Virus record (IMG/VR): IMGVR_UViG_3300027801_000061
Span: 1 to 39,139 of that record
Source of the DNA: a virus
Lineage: Duplodnaviria > Caudoviricetes
DNA length: 39,139 nucleotides
Reading direction: 5' to 3' (one strand)
Shown here: piece after piece, positions 38,881 through 39,139 of the stretch
Position numbering within the stretch: the stretch's first letter is position 1
How the letters are laid out: each line of letters begins with the position of its first letter
Position numbers and translations under genes: made by a program
The notes under the pieces: generated by a model
Database searches by the model: none
Told to the model about the DNA's origin: nothing
Seen by the model: only the letters and a program-made list of their open reading frames with translations

Positions 38881-39139
38881 CAGAGCGAATCAGTTCTTTA
38901 CGGTACCCTTAGCGATACGCATGCCTGCAGTCTTAAGCGTACCGACGCACAGTTTCACGCGGTCCGCGTCACCTGTCGCTACACAGAGGTCATGCCAGAT
39001 CTGCGCGTTGTTCGTGTTTGTGTGCTTACTGAACCGCGTCTTAGCTATCCCTGCCTGCTGTGCAGGCGTACGCGGTCCACGCGGACGCTTTACGGTCGCC
39101 TTAGGTGCAGGTGGCGTCTTCCCACCGCGGCTCTTACGT
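38881..39139. repeat. Terminal duplication of positions 1-259 (circular overlap or terminal redundancy)
   Basis: Direct comparison shows mismatches only at offsets 19, 28, 31, 34, 36, 37, 112 and 133; offsets 134-259 are identical. Confidence 0.95.

Larger units (their letters stand above)
32508..38889 (-). promoter_or_regulatory. Family of about 13 structured intergenic leaders (long hairpin, short hairpin, CA-rich tract, SD)
   Basis: At 38781-38889, 38100-38187, 37052-37166, 36715-36811, 36445-36525, 35980-36060, 35599-35691, 35020-35179, 34545-34627, 34372-34475, 33988-34077, 32981-33060 and 32508-32600. Covariation and G.U pairs occur on the mRNA strand. Confidence 0.8.

Noticed and set aside
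32508-38889. CRISPR array or true integron attC array
   Set aside because: The spacers are whole genes, the repeats vary in sequence, no consistent RYYYAAC/GTTRRRY ends were seen, and there is no Cas1/2 or tyrosine recombinase. The Cas4-like gene is a common phage exonuclease.
38881-39139. Diversity-generating retroelement TR/VR pair
   Set aside because: Mismatches are not adenine-specific, are mostly synonymous, and no reverse transcriptase is present.

Overview
Essentially one complete ~38.9-kb phage genome (1-38880; 38881-39139 re-reads 1-259 with 8 mismatches). The gene order is podovirus-like. The host is probably an actinobacterium (WhiB gene, actinophage-type holin, GP88-like protein). 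The plus strand (1.2-25.07 kb) carries the late genes: terminase, portal, scaffold, capsid, adaptor, nozzle, two tail fibres, amidase endolysin, internal virion proteins including a 2434-aa polyvalent protein, and a holin. The minus strand (25.06-38.8 kb and 10-480) carries dNTP diphosphohydrolase, sigma-like protein, PD-(D/E)xK nucleases, RusA, WhiB, AEP primase, DnaB-like helicase, a PDF-motif SSB candidate, DUF932 and many small early genes. I recognise no integrase, DNA polymerase or RNA polymerase. Most unusual signals: (1) a 74-nt RNA resembling only the tRNA-like domain of tmRNA (G3.U70, no mRNA-like domain); (2) a recurring, covarying double-hairpin plus CA-rich leader before nearly every early gene; (3) about 43 CTRYAG palindromes in 2.9 kb of the early region; (4) an unannotated 51-aa peptide ending like a ribonucleotide reductase redox tail; (5) an ART-PolyVal-like domain split by ~520 aa in the giant virion protein. 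All family calls are motif recognition by eye and counts are manual; no searches were run.
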